DNA of 64,000 nucleotides. Source: Candidatus Hadarchaeales archaeon (GTDB lineage Archaea > Hadarchaeota > Hadarchaeia > Hadarchaeales > WYZ-LMO6). Each line of letters begins with the position of its first letter. Position 1 is the first letter of the stretch. The notes under the pieces were generated by a model. It did no database searches. It was given only the letters and a program-made list of their open reading frames with translations, and had not been told where the DNA came from. The stretch spans positions 71,139 through 135,138 of the forward strand of contig JAWCKR010000001.1 of NCBI GenBank assembly GCA_038851755.1, given 5' to 3'. This document shows positions 1-9,594 of the stretch, piece by piece. The position numbers were made by a program, and so were the translations under genes.

Positions 1-909
1 GATGGGATCGGGCTCGGGCAACCGGTCCTTCACATAAACGAGGTTCTTCCCCACCCTCAAACTCTTGGTGAGGCCTCCTCCCGTGTTGTGCACCATGAGC
101 TTCACCCCTTCCCCCACCCTCTTGAGGATCCTCAGAACTACGGGAGCGAAGACGCGGGTGGGTGAGAGGATGGCCTCCCCCACCGTCATGCCCAGCTCGT
201 CCAGATAATCGTCGAACCTGAACCTGCCCCGGTAACCCCCCCTGTCCACGAGCTCGGGATACCTCCGGGTGTACTCCCCCCTCATGAGCACGTGCCTGGC
301 GAGGGTGATGCCGTTGCACATCATGCCGCTGTTTTCCCTCTTCTCGTACCTCGTCCTCCCTCCGCTCCTGAGGCCCACGATCAAATCTCCCGCTTTCACC
401 CTCTCCCCCTTCCTCACCTCCGACAACCTCACTCTGGCCGCCAGGACACCGGCGAGGTCCAGCGTCCTCACCTGATCGGGAAGATCCGCCGTCTCCCCGC
501 CCAGGAAAGGTATCTCCAGCCCCAGGGCCTCCAGCTCCTTGAGGGCCCTCCGGAAGCCGGAAACCAGGTGGAAGAGGAGCTCGCGCTTGGGGAGGAGGCG
601 GGGGTTGAGGGTGAGGTAGTCCGCGAAGGCGAGGGGGTGGAAGGGACCCACGCAGACCACGTCGTCCACGTTCATGGCCAGGACATCCTGGGCCAGCCCC
701 TCGAACCAGGACGGGTCCCCGGTCTCCCTCCAGTGGAGGTAGCTCTGCTGGGGCTTGCTCCCCGCCCCATCAGCATGCAGGATCAGCCCCGTCTCCCTTC
801 CCTCCCTCCCCACCGGGCAGAAGGGTACCAAATCCGCGTCCAGGAGGGAGAGGAAGAGTTCCGTTCCCTCCTTCTTCGCGTCCACTCCTAGGGAACGGTA
901 GAGGCTCAA
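1..909 (-). CDS. purM: AIR synthase (phosphoribosylformylglycinamidine cyclo-ligase), 3' end outside window
   Basis: Manual translation of the minus strand gives GVDAKKEG, DVLAMNVDDVVCVG, GGETADLPDQV, SGMMCNGITLARH, VHNTGGG. The TTG start overlaps the folD stop; purine-gene context. Confidence 0.85.
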   Translation of the reverse strand, partial: MSLYRSLGVDAKKEGTELFLSLLDADLVPFCPVGREGRETGLILHADGAGSKPQQSYLHWRETGDPSWFEGLAQDVLAMNVDDVVCVGPFHPLAFADYLTLNPRLLPKRELLFHLVSGFRRALKELEALGLEIPFLGGETADLPDQVRTLDLAGVLAARVRLSEVRKGERVKAGDLIVGLRSGGRTRYEKRENSGMMCNGITLARHVLMRGEYTRRYPELVDRGGYRGRFRFDDYLDELGMTVGEAILSPTRVFAPVVLRILKRVGEGVKLMVHNTGGGLTKSLRVGKNLVYVKDRLPEPDPI

Positions 910-1775
910 CCCTTTCCCCCCAGCGCCTCCGAGGCCAGGAGGGTGTTGTGGAGGAGCATCACGCGCGTCATGGGGCCCACCCCGCCAGGCACGGGCGCGA
1001 GGTGGGAGGCCTTTCGGCTCACCCCCTCAGGGTCCGCATCCCCCATCAGCTTCCCGCCCACGTAGTTCATGCCCACATCCACCACCACGGCACCCTCCCC
1101 CACCATTTCCTCGGTGAGGATGAAGGAAGGCCTCCTCCCCACCGCCGAGACCAGCAGCTCGGCTTCCCTGGTCCTCTCCTCCAGTTTCTTCGTCTTGGAG
1201 TGGCAGAGGAGGACGCTGGCATCCCTGTCCAAAAGGAGCTTGGCCAGGGGCTTCCCCACCAGGTCACTCCTGTTGATGATGACCGCCAGCTTCCCCCTCA
1301 CCTCTATCCTGTACTTGTCCAGCAGCCTCAGGATGCCCTTGGGCGTGCACGGGAGGAGGCTTCTCTCTGGATCGTACTGTCCCTTCCACAGCTTCCCCAC
1401 GTTGTAGGGGTGGAGGCCGTCCACATCCTTTTCTGGGGAGATCTCCTCCACCAGACGCTTCGGGTCAAGGTGGGGAGGAACGGGGAGCTGCACGAAGATT
1501 CCGTGAACTCTCCTGTCCTCGTTCAGACGGTGGATGAGCCCCTCCAGCTCCCCCTCCTCCACGGAAGAGGGAAAAGCGTGCAGCTCGAAGGAGATTCCCA
1601 CCTCCGCGCAGTCCCTCCTCTTCCCCTCCACATAGATCTTGGAGGCCGGGTTGTCCCCCACCAGAAGGGTGGCAAGGGTGGGGGTTATCCCCCTCCTCTT
1701 CAGGCCCGCGACCCTCGCGCGCAGTTCCACCTTAATTTCTTCGGCCAGGGCCTTCCCGTCCATGAGCACGACCAT
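906..1775 (-). CDS. folD: Bifunctional methylenetetrahydrofolate dehydrogenase/cyclohydrolase
   Basis: Motifs EKDVDGLHP, PCTP, RSDLVGKP and PVPGGVGPMT. Confidence 0.95.
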   Translation of the reverse strand: MVVLMDGKALAEEIKVELRARVAGLKRRGITPTLATLLVGDNPASKIYVEGKRRDCAEVGISFELHAFPSSVEEGELEGLIHRLNEDRRVHGIFVQLPVPPHLDPKRLVEEISPEKDVDGLHPYNVGKLWKGQYDPERSLLPCTPKGILRLLDKYRIEVRGKLAVIINRSDLVGKPLAKLLLDRDASVLLCHSKTKKLEERTREAELLVSAVGRRPSFILTEEMVGEGAVVVDVGMNYVGGKLMGDADPEGVSRKASHLAPVPGGVGPMTRVMLLHNTLLASEALGGKG

Positions 1776-1783
1776 GCTCTCCC

Positions 1784-3232
1784 TCAGAAGGAGGGAGTCG
1801 CCTTCTTCCCCAGCCTCTCCGCGTACCTGGAGAGCACCGGGGCCACCTCCCTCTCAAGAAAGCGATCGCACCTCTCCACGGCATCCCCCACATGCCTGGA
1901 GGGGTCGAGGACCTCCTCCAGCTCCTCAGGCGTCAGGAGACGACCCACCACGGGATCCTCCCTCAGAAGGGAAGGCAGGGGATTCTCCCTTCCTTCCCTG
2001 ACCCTCTCCCAAGCCTGGAAGGAAAGCTTCCTCAGCCTCTCGTGCATCTCCTGCCTGTTCTCCCCCTTCCTCACCAGAAGCATCAGGAGGGGCTCCAGGG
2101 CGGAGAAGGGGGAGAAGAGCTTGAGGTTGCGGGTGATCATGGCCTGGTTCACCGTCATCCCCTCCACCACCTTCTGATATACCATAAGAACTTCTTCCAC
2201 CGCCAGGAAGCTCTCCGCTATGATCACCCTTCGGTTGGCGGAATCATCCAGGGTGCGCTCGAGAAGGGTGTGGGAGGCGTTCTCCCAGGCCACCCTGGGC
2301 AGGGAGGCCACGTACCTGGCCAGCGAGCACATGCGCTCCGAGAGGACGGGATTGCGCTTGAAGGGCATGGCGGAGGAGCCCACCTGCGCCTCCCCCAGGG
2401 GCTCGGAGAGCTCCCCCCACACGGGTGAGTGCAGGTGCCTGAGGTCGGCCCCGAACTTGTGGGCGCTCTGGGCTATCCCTGCCAGAACGGAGAGGACCAT
2501 GAAGTCCAGCTTCCTGGGGGCGGTCTGCCCCGAGATGGTGAAGTAGGAAAGGCCCAGCTTCTCCATCACCTTGGCCTCAAGCTCCGCAGGTTCGGCCTTT
2601 CCCCCAAGCAACCTCTTGAAGCTGGCGGAGGTTCCCACCGCCCCCTTCACTCCCTTCCCCTTCAGAAACTCTGAGAGCAGAAGCTCCACCGCCCTCAGGT
2701 CGAGGAGGAGGTCCTGGGCGTAGAAAGCCAGCCTGTACCCCACCGTGGTGGGCTCGGCCGGCTGGAGGTGGGTCCAGCCCATGCAGACGGTGGCCCTGTG
2801 CTCCTTTATCCTGAGGGAGAGGGAATGGAGGCAGTTGACCAGCCTGGTGAGGAGGAGGTCGAGGGCCCTCCTCATCCTCAGCACGTCCGCGTTGTCCTCT
2901 ATGTCCATCGAGGTGGCCCCGAGGTGGAGCTTCCCTCCCCCTCTGGGACACTGCTGGGAGAAGACCTTGAGCTCCGCCATGAGGTCGTGCCTTATTTCCT
3001 TCTCCACCCTCTGGGAGAGCTCCAGGTCCACATGTTCCTTCCCCGCCTTCTCCCTGATCTCCCTCAGCTCCTCCTCGGAGATCAGACCGTACTCCGCCTG
3101 GGCCTCGGCCAGTGCTTTCCACACCTTCCTCCAGAGGGCCCTGTACTCCAGCTCTGAGAAGAGGGAGCGCATCTCCTCGCTCCCGTATCTCCAAGTGAAG
3201 GGAGACAGAAAGGTACGGTAGTCGAAGCCCAT
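1784..3232 (-). CDS. purB: Adenylosuccinate lyase
   Basis: GSSAMPFKRNP signature, RHD, HLGATSMD, THLQPAEPTT. Confidence 0.95.
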   Translation of the reverse strand: MGFDYRTFLSPFTWRYGSEEMRSLFSELEYRALWRKVWKALAEAQAEYGLISEEELREIREKAGKEHVDLELSQRVEKEIRHDLMAELKVFSQQCPRGGGKLHLGATSMDIEDNADVLRMRRALDLLLTRLVNCLHSLSLRIKEHRATVCMGWTHLQPAEPTTVGYRLAFYAQDLLLDLRAVELLLSEFLKGKGVKGAVGTSASFKRLLGGKAEPAELEAKVMEKLGLSYFTISGQTAPRKLDFMVLSVLAGIAQSAHKFGADLRHLHSPVWGELSEPLGEAQVGSSAMPFKRNPVLSERMCSLARYVASLPRVAWENASHTLLERTLDDSANRRVIIAESFLAVEEVLMVYQKVVEGMTVNQAMITRNLKLFSPFSALEPLLMLLVRKGENRQEMHERLRKLSFQAWERVREGRENPLPSLLREDPVVGRLLTPEELEEVLDPSRHVGDAVERCDRFLEREVAPVLSRYAERLGKKATPSF

Positions 3233-3287
3233 TTCTTCCTTCCTCTCCTTGAAAGGTTTTTAACTTTGGGGAGGAGAGAGGGGGAGG

Positions 3288-4820
3288 ATGCGGGTCAGAA
3301 ACGCCCTGATAAGCGTTTGGGACAAGAGGGATCTGGAGGAGTTCGCGAGGGGTTTGACGGAACTGGGGGTTCAAATCTTCTCGAGCGGGGGAACGGCAAG
3401 GTTTCTGCGGGAGAGGAGGATACCCGTGAAGGAGGTGAGCGAACTCACGGGCTTCCCCGAGATCCTGGACGGAAGGGTCAAGACCCTCCACCCCATCATC
3501 CACGCCGGCATTCTGGCCAGGAGGGATTTGCCCTCCCACCTGAACACCCTCAGGGAGAAGGGAATCCCCGCCATAGACCTGGTGGCCGTGAACCTCTACC
3601 CCTTCGTTGAGACCATCAGCAAGGCCGGGGTCACGCTGGAGGAGGCGCTGGAGAACATAGACATAGGGGGACCCGCCATGGTGAGGGCTGCCGCCAAGAA
3701 CTACAGGGACGTGATCGTGGTGGTCAGGCCAGAGAGGTACGGGGAGGTCCTGAGGGAGCTGAGGGAGAAGGGGGACCTGAGCGAGGAGAAGAGGCTGGAG
3801 CTGGCCGTGGAGGCCTTCGCCCACACCTCCTCCTACGACTCGTCCGTTCAGGCCTACTTGGCGGGACTGACCCACGACAAAGGATTGCCGCCCTTCCTGG
3901 GGCTGAGCTACAGGAAGGTCTCCGACCTAAGGTACGGGCAGAACCCCCACCAGAGGGGGGCACTCTACACCGAGACCCCTGCCTGGGGAATAGCGAGCGC
4001 CAGGCTCCACCAGGGGAAAGAGCTCTCCTTCAACAACCTGATGGACCTGGATGCCGCCCTGGACCTCCTCAGGGAGTTCGAGGAGACGACGGCGGTGGTG
4101 ATCAAGCACACCAACCCCTGCGGGCTGGCCTCGGACCCGGAGGTCAGGAGGGCCTACGTGAAGGCCAGGGAGTGCGACCCCATCTCCGCCTTCGGTGGGG
4201 TGGTGGGGATAAACCGGAGGGTCGACAGGGGAACGGCGGAGGAGATCACCTCCACCTTCATCGAGGCCGTGGTGGCGCCCTCCTACGAACCTGAGGCCCT
4301 GGAGGTGATGAAGAAGAAGACGAACATGAGGGTGCTGGAGCTCCCCTCCTTCGAAAGCAGGGCAAGGCTCCGCTTCAGGCAGATAAGCGGTGGGCTCCTG
4401 GTGGAGGACGAGAACTCCCTCCTCCTGCGCCCCCAGGAGCTCAGGGTGGTCACGGAGAGGAAGCCCACGCCGGAGGAGATGGAACAGCTCCTCTTCGCCT
4501 GGAAGGTGGTGAAGCACGTGAAATCCAACGCCATCGTGGTGGCCAGGGACAAGCAGGCGGTGGGGGTGGGGGCGGGACAAACCAGCAGGGTGGACTCCAC
4601 GGAGATAGCCCTGAAAAAGGCGGGTCCGAGGGCCAGGGGGGCGGTCCTGGCCTCAGACGCCTTCTTCCCCTTCCCCGACTCCGTGCAGAAGGCCGCCGAG
4701 GCTGGAATCACGGCCATCATCCAGCCCGGAGGTTCCATCAGGGACCAGGAGTCCGTGAACGAGGCGAACAGGCACGGGATGGCCATGGTGTTCACCGGAG
4801 TGAGGCACTTCAAGCACTGA
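3288..4820 (+). CDS. purH: Bifunctional AICAR transformylase/IMP cyclohydrolase
   Basis: ALISVWDK, GRVKTLHP, ENIDIGGP, LRYGQNPHQ, ASDAFFPF, C-terminal RHFKH. Confidence 0.96.
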   Translation: MRVRNALISVWDKRDLEEFARGLTELGVQIFSSGGTARFLRERRIPVKEVSELTGFPEILDGRVKTLHPIIHAGILARRDLPSHLNTLREKGIPAIDLVAVNLYPFVETISKAGVTLEEALENIDIGGPAMVRAAAKNYRDVIVVVRPERYGEVLRELREKGDLSEEKRLELAVEAFAHTSSYDSSVQAYLAGLTHDKGLPPFLGLSYRKVSDLRYGQNPHQRGALYTETPAWGIASARLHQGKELSFNNLMDLDAALDLLREFEETTAVVIKHTNPCGLASDPEVRRAYVKARECDPISAFGGVVGINRRVDRGTAEEITSTFIEAVVAPSYEPEALEVMKKKTNMRVLELPSFESRARLRFRQISGGLLVEDENSLLLRPQELRVVTERKPTPEEMEQLLFAWKVVKHVKSNAIVVARDKQAVGVGAGQTSRVDSTEIALKKAGPRARGAVLASDAFFPFPDSVQKAAEAGITAIIQPGGSIRDQESVNEANRHGMAMVFTGVRHFKH

Positions 4821-4847
4821 CCCGGCCTCGGGCTCGAAGGGGAAAGA

Positions 4848-5864
4848 ATGGAGGTGCTGGAGGAGGGAAGGGGGAAGCTGCTGGGATGGTGCGACCCAGA
4901 AGAGCACAGGGAATGGGTGAGGAAGAATAAGAGCAGGGAAATGGTGGAGAAGGTCACCACCCTGCAAGAGGCCGTCGCCCGCTTCGTGAAGAACGGGTGC
5001 CTGGTGGCCTTCGGGGGCTTCGGCCATGTGAGGGTCCCCATGGCCTTCATCTACGAGATGATCAGGCAGGGGAAGAGGGGCCTGAAGGTGGCCGGGAAAA
5101 CTGCCGTGCACGACCTCGACTGCCTGATCGCGGCGGGCTGCGTGGCGGAGGTGGAGGTGGCCTACTCCTTCGGGCACGAGCTCAGGGGGCTCTCCCCCGC
5201 CTCCAGGAGGGCGGTGGAGGGGGGGAAGGTGAAGGTGGTGGCGGAGCTGAGCAACGCGGCCTACCAGTGGAGGTTCAGAGCGGCCGCCGCCGGCCTGCCC
5301 TTCATGCCCGCCTACGTGATGCTGGGGACCGACACCCTCAGGAGGAGCTCCGCGAAGGTGGTGAGGGACCCCTTCACCAAGAGGCCGATCTGCCTCGTCC
5401 CCGCCTGCTTCCCTGACGTGGCGGTGATCCACGTGCACGAGTGCGACGCCTACGGGAACTGCAGAATAGAGGGGGCGCTGGTGGAGGATTTCGAGCTGGC
5501 GAGGGCGGCCAAGAGGCTGGTGGTGACCACGGAGAGGATCATCCCCAACGAGAGGATAAGGAAGGAGCCCTGGAGGACCGTCATTCCCTACCTCTGCGTG
5601 GACGCCGTGGTGGAGGTGCCCTACGGCTCCCATCCCTGCAACATGCCTGGCATGTACTACTTCGACGAGGAGCACCTGGCGGAGTACCTCTCCTTCACCC
5701 GGACAGAGGAAGGCACGGCGGAGTACTTCAGGAAGTACGTGTACGGGGTGAAGGACTTCCCGCAGTACCTGGAGAGGGTGGGGGGGAAGAGGAAGCTGAG
5801 GTTGCTGGAGAGGCTGGAGAGGGGAAGGGGAACCTACTCCTACCCGTGGAGGGAGAAGGGATGA
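4848..5864 (+). CDS. Family I CoA-transferase subunit A (glutaconate CoA-transferase-like)
   Basis: GGFG, AAAAGLPFMP, PDVAVIHVHECDAYGN, VDAVVEVPYGSHP. Confidence 0.85.
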   Translation: MEVLEEGRGKLLGWCDPEEHREWVRKNKSREMVEKVTTLQEAVARFVKNGCLVAFGGFGHVRVPMAFIYEMIRQGKRGLKVAGKTAVHDLDCLIAAGCVAEVEVAYSFGHELRGLSPASRRAVEGGKVKVVAELSNAAYQWRFRAAAAGLPFMPAYVMLGTDTLRRSSAKVVRDPFTKRPICLVPACFPDVAVIHVHECDAYGNCRIEGALVEDFELARAAKRLVVTTERIIPNERIRKEPWRTVIPYLCVDAVVEVPYGSHPCNMPGMYYFDEEHLAEYLSFTRTEEGTAEYFRKYVYGVKDFPQYLERVGGKRKLRLLERLERGRGTYSYPWREKG

Positions 5865-6619
5865 AGTACAGCAGGACGGAGATGATGGTGGTGGCCGCCT
5901 CCCGCCTGCTGGAGGACGGGAAAACCGTTCTCACCGGGACGGGAATGCCCGTGCTGGCTGCCCTCCTGGCCAGGGCCACCAGGGCTCCCGGGCTCTCCAT
6001 CATCTTCGAAGCCGGAGGGGTGGCCCCACTGCAACCCCCCACCCTCCCCCTCTCGGTGGGAGACTCCATGACCGTGCACAGGGCGGTGATGGCCGCCAGT
6101 ATGGACTACGTCATGTCGCTGGCGCAGGCGGGATACGCCGACTACGCCTTCCTGGGGGCTGCACAGATAGACCCCTACGGCAACCTCAACACGACGGTGA
6201 TAGGCCCCTACGAGCATCCGAGGGTCAGGCTCCCGGGAAGCGGAGGGGCCAACGACTTCGGTTCTCTGTGCTGGAGGACCATCGTGCTGATGAAGCAGGA
6301 AAGGAACAGGTTCGTGGAGAAGCTGGACTTCCTCACCACCCCGGGCTACCTCACGGGAAAGGGTGCCAGGGAGAGGGCGGGGCTTCCCAGGAACACGGGG
6401 CCCTGGCGGGTGGTCACGCAGCTTGGAGTGTACGGGTTCGGGGAAGACCTGAGGCTCAGGCTCCTGCGGGTCTATCCTGGAGTGACGCTGGAAGAGGTGA
6501 GGAACTCCAGCGGCTTCGAGGTGGTGAGGGGAAGGGTGGAGGAAGAACCCGAACCCACCGCGAAGGAACTCAAAGCCCTGAGAAAGCTCGATCCCTACGG
6601 GATAGTGGTGGGAAAGTGA
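5861..6619 (+). CDS. Family I CoA-transferase subunit B
   Basis: ATGA overlap with subunit A; IIFEAG (catalytic Glu), FLGAAQIDPYGNLNTT, RLPGSGGAND. Confidence 0.85.
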   Translation: MKYSRTEMMVVAASRLLEDGKTVLTGTGMPVLAALLARATRAPGLSIIFEAGGVAPLQPPTLPLSVGDSMTVHRAVMAASMDYVMSLAQAGYADYAFLGAAQIDPYGNLNTTVIGPYEHPRVRLPGSGGANDFGSLCWRTIVLMKQERNRFVEKLDFLTTPGYLTGKGARERAGLPRNTGPWRVVTQLGVYGFGEDLRLRLLRVYPGVTLEEVRNSSGFEVVRGRVEEEPEPTAKELKALRKLDPYGIVVGK

Positions 6620-6620
6620 A

Positions 6621-8078
6621 CTAGGTGCCCCTCTCCGACTCCGAGGGGAGGAGGACGTCGTGGGGCCTGGTCTCCTGGGCCCCCAGGGGAGAGAGAACGG
6701 CGAACCTGGCCTTCTCCCAGAGGTCCCTGATGCTCCTAGCCCCCGCGTACCCCATGGAGGCCCTCAGGCCCAGCACCAGCTCCTTCACGGCCGTGCTCAC
6801 CTCACCCTTGTAGGGCACCCACCCCTCCACGCCCTCCGCTATCCCCTTGGAAGGAACGGAGTACCTGTCCAGCGAGTACCTCTTGGCCATGGCCGAGGGA
6901 CTCCCCATCCCCCTGTACTGCTTGTAGTACCTTCCCCCTATGCTCACCAGCGTCCCTGGGGCCTCCTTGCACCTGGCGAAGAGGTTCCCCGCCATGACCA
7001 CGGAGGCCCCGGCAGCCAGCGCCAGCGCTATGTCTCCCGGGCCCCTGACCCCCCCGTCGGCCATCACCGGGAGCTCCAGCCCGTAGTCCCTCAGGGCGTC
7101 GGCCACGCTTGCGGTGGCGTAGAGGGTGGGGGATCCCGCCTTCGTGACCTCGGTGGTCACGCATATCGAGCCGGAGCCCACCCCCGCCCTGAAACCGGCC
7201 ACACCCTCCAGCTTGGTGATCACGTCCTCCGCGGCCTGGTAGGTCCCCACGTTCCCCACCACCAGGTCCGCCTCCACCTCCTCCAGCATCCTCTTGGTGG
7301 CCTCCAGCACGGCTGAGTTGTGGAAGTGGGCCACGTCCGTCACCAGCACGTTGACGTACCTGTCCAGCTTCTTCGCCCTCTCCAGGTCGAAGGGGGAGAC
7401 CGCGGCCGCGCACAGGAGCTGTCCCTCCTCGTCCCTGGCCGCCTCCGGGTACTTTCCCCTGAGCATGATGTCCCTGAAGGTGATGAGCCCCCTGAGGTTC
7501 CCGTTCTCGTCCACGATGGGGAGCTTCTCGATCTTGTGCTGGTGGAGAAGGTCCTTCGCCTCCTCCAGGCTTATCCCTTCCCTGGCCGTCACCACCTCCT
7601 TCGTCATCACGCTTTCCACCCTGAACTCGGGGTTGGCGAAGCGCACGTCCCTGCCCGTCAGGATGCCCACCAGCTTCCCACCCTTCACCACCGGAAGACC
7701 CGAGATGTGGTGGGCCTCCATGAGCTTCATGGCCTCGCCCACCGTCTGGTCAGGGGCCACGGTCACCACCTCCCTTATCACCAGGGACTCCGCCCGCTTC
7801 ACCTTCTTGGCCATCTCCACCTGCTCCTCCACGCTGCAGTTGCGGTGGAGGACGCCCACCCCTCCCTCCCTCGCCATCGCTATCGCCATCTCGGTCTCCG
7901 TGACGGTGTCCATCGGGGAGGAGACAAGGGGAATGTTCAGGGAATAGTTCTTGGTGAACCTGGTCCTCACGTCGATCTCGGAGGGCTCGACCGCCAGCCC
8001 GGGGAGCAGGATGAGGTCGTGGAAGGTGAGGGCCAGTTCAGCCCCCGTCACTTTCCTCCTGAAGCCTCCCTCCGGCAC
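6621..8078 (-). CDS. guaB: IMP dehydrogenase with tandem CBS domains
   Basis: LTFHDLILLP, IPLVSSPMDTVTE, GSGSICVT (catalytic Cys), YRGMGS, AEGVEG; GTG start inferred. Confidence 0.93.
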   Translation of the reverse strand: MPEGGFRRKVTGAELALTFHDLILLPGLAVEPSEIDVRTRFTKNYSLNIPLVSSPMDTVTETEMAIAMAREGGVGVLHRNCSVEEQVEMAKKVKRAESLVIREVVTVAPDQTVGEAMKLMEAHHISGLPVVKGGKLVGILTGRDVRFANPEFRVESVMTKEVVTAREGISLEEAKDLLHQHKIEKLPIVDENGNLRGLITFRDIMLRGKYPEAARDEEGQLLCAAAVSPFDLERAKKLDRYVNVLVTDVAHFHNSAVLEATKRMLEEVEADLVVGNVGTYQAAEDVITKLEGVAGFRAGVGSGSICVTTEVTKAGSPTLYATASVADALRDYGLELPVMADGGVRGPGDIALALAAGASVVMAGNLFARCKEAPGTLVSIGGRYYKQYRGMGSPSAMAKRYSLDRYSVPSKGIAEGVEGWVPYKGEVSTAVKELVLGLRASMGYAGARSIRDLWEKARFAVLSPLGAQETRPHDVLLPSESERGT

Positions 8079-8116
8079 TCTTCCACCTTCTATCAAGGAA
8101 AGGGGGGAGTTTAACC

Positions 8117-8626
8117 CTATCGGGAGACGGGGGGTCCTCCCTCGAACTCCCTCAGCAGTCTCTCCACTTCGCCCCTCACCTTCTCCACCTCCACCACCAC
8201 CACTCCCTCTCCCGGCTGCCCGTACAGGACCACGGTGCCCGGAGGGGACTTCGCCACGGCCGCGAGCGTGGCCAGGTCCTCCTCCCCCTCCACCACTATC
8301 TTCAGGGGAGGGGGGAGGTCGAAGGTCTCCCACAGCTCCCTGGAGAGGGTGGCCGGTGGATTCACCACCCTCCTCTCGGGAAAATCCAGCTCCTCCACCC
8401 TCCTCCTCTCCTCTCCAGACAGGGGGGAGCGGAGGGTCTTGAAGTCCACCACGCAGACATCGGGCCTCACCCCCTCTCCCAGGAGGGTGGCGGTGACCAT
8501 GTCCCCCACCGTCACTATCCTTCTCGGTCGGAGGGTTCTCACGTGCCTCAGGGCCTCCCCCATGCTTGGGAAGACCCTGCCCAGCGGCCTCTTGAGCCTG
8601 TCCCTGAGGTGCTCCGGAAGCCTCAT
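8117..8626 (-). CDS. GTP-dependent dephospho-CoA kinase (DUF359 family)
   Basis: TVGDMVT, DFKTLR, VNPPATL, VEGEEDLA, VLYGQPGEGVV. Confidence 0.88.
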   Translation of the reverse strand: MRLPEHLRDRLKRPLGRVFPSMGEALRHVRTLRPRRIVTVGDMVTATLLGEGVRPDVCVVDFKTLRSPLSGEERRRVEELDFPERRVVNPPATLSRELWETFDLPPPLKIVVEGEEDLATLAAVAKSPPGTVVLYGQPGEGVVVVEVEKVRGEVERLLREFEGGPPVSR

Positions 8627-9492
8627 CCCAACCTCCCCAGCAGGAAGGCCAGCAGGCCGAAGAGCATCCAGAGGAGGGAGAGGCGCTTGAGCTCCGCTGC
8701 CTTACTGGCCGAGGGCTTCCTCAGGGAGAGGAAACCCGTGGAGAGGAAGCCCGCGTCCGCCAGCACCACGGGAGGAAGGTACCAGGGGGAGACCTCACCC
8801 AGCAGAAGGGGGAGGGGGCTCAGCGCCACGGCCGAGAGGTAGAAGAGGAGGACGAAGGAAGCCGCACCCTTCTGGCCTCTGGAGACCGCGAGCGTCCTGA
8901 TCCCCCTTCTCCTGTCCCCCTCCACATCCGCCATCCCCTTCAAAATCTCTCTCCCCGTGTTGGAAAGGAAAGCCATGAGCAGGAAGAAGGAGAGGGTAAG
9001 GGTGGGTTCTTCGCCCACCACCAGGGGACCGTAGAGGAAAGGTATGGCCACGCAGGTGCTCACCATCAGGTTGCCGGGCAGCCCCGTCCTCTTCCCCCTC
9101 GCGTTGTAGTAGGTGGAAAGAAGGAAGGAGAGAACGGCGACGAGCAGGGGATAGAGGGTCCCCCTCTCCACCCAGCTCCCGGCCGCGGAGAGAAGGCCGA
9201 GCGCCGCCAGCCAGGAAGCGAAGAGGAGGGCCTCTCCCGTCGAAACGAGGCCGCTTGGGATGGGCCGGCCAGGCTGGTTCACCTCGTCCACGAAGCGGTC
9301 GAAGTAATCGTTCACCGTCATGGAGGCCCCTGTGAGGAAGAAAGCCGTGGAGAAACCGAGAAGGCTCGGGAGGAACTCCAGCCTGCCCACGGCCAGGATC
9401 TCCCCCACCAGGACGGCGAGCCCCATCATGAGGCAGTTGGGAAGCCTGAGAAGGGAGAGAAAAGCCCGGAGCCTGCGCAGGGGGGTCTTCAT
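8623..9492 (-). CDS. UbiA-family prenyltransferase, digeranylgeranylglyceryl phosphate synthase
   Basis: NDYFDRFVDEVNQPGRPIPSG, REILKGMADVEGD, multiple TM helices; adjacent to ether-lipid genes. Confidence 0.88.
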   Translation of the reverse strand: MKTPLRRLRAFLSLLRLPNCLMMGLAVLVGEILAVGRLEFLPSLLGFSTAFFLTGASMTVNDYFDRFVDEVNQPGRPIPSGLVSTGEALLFASWLAALGLLSAAGSWVERGTLYPLLVAVLSFLLSTYYNARGKRTGLPGNLMVSTCVAIPFLYGPLVVGEEPTLTLSFFLLMAFLSNTGREILKGMADVEGDRRRGIRTLAVSRGQKGAASFVLLFYLSAVALSPLPLLLGEVSPWYLPPVVLADAGFLSTGFLSLRKPSASKAAELKRLSLLWMLFGLLAFLLGRLG

Positions 9493-9594
9493 GACTTTCA
9501 AGGGGGATGAACCCTCCAAGTTTTAACCCTACCGAAATCCCCTCCGAAAAAGCTCACCCTATAATAACCCTACGCGCCAAAAACACCGAAGGAC

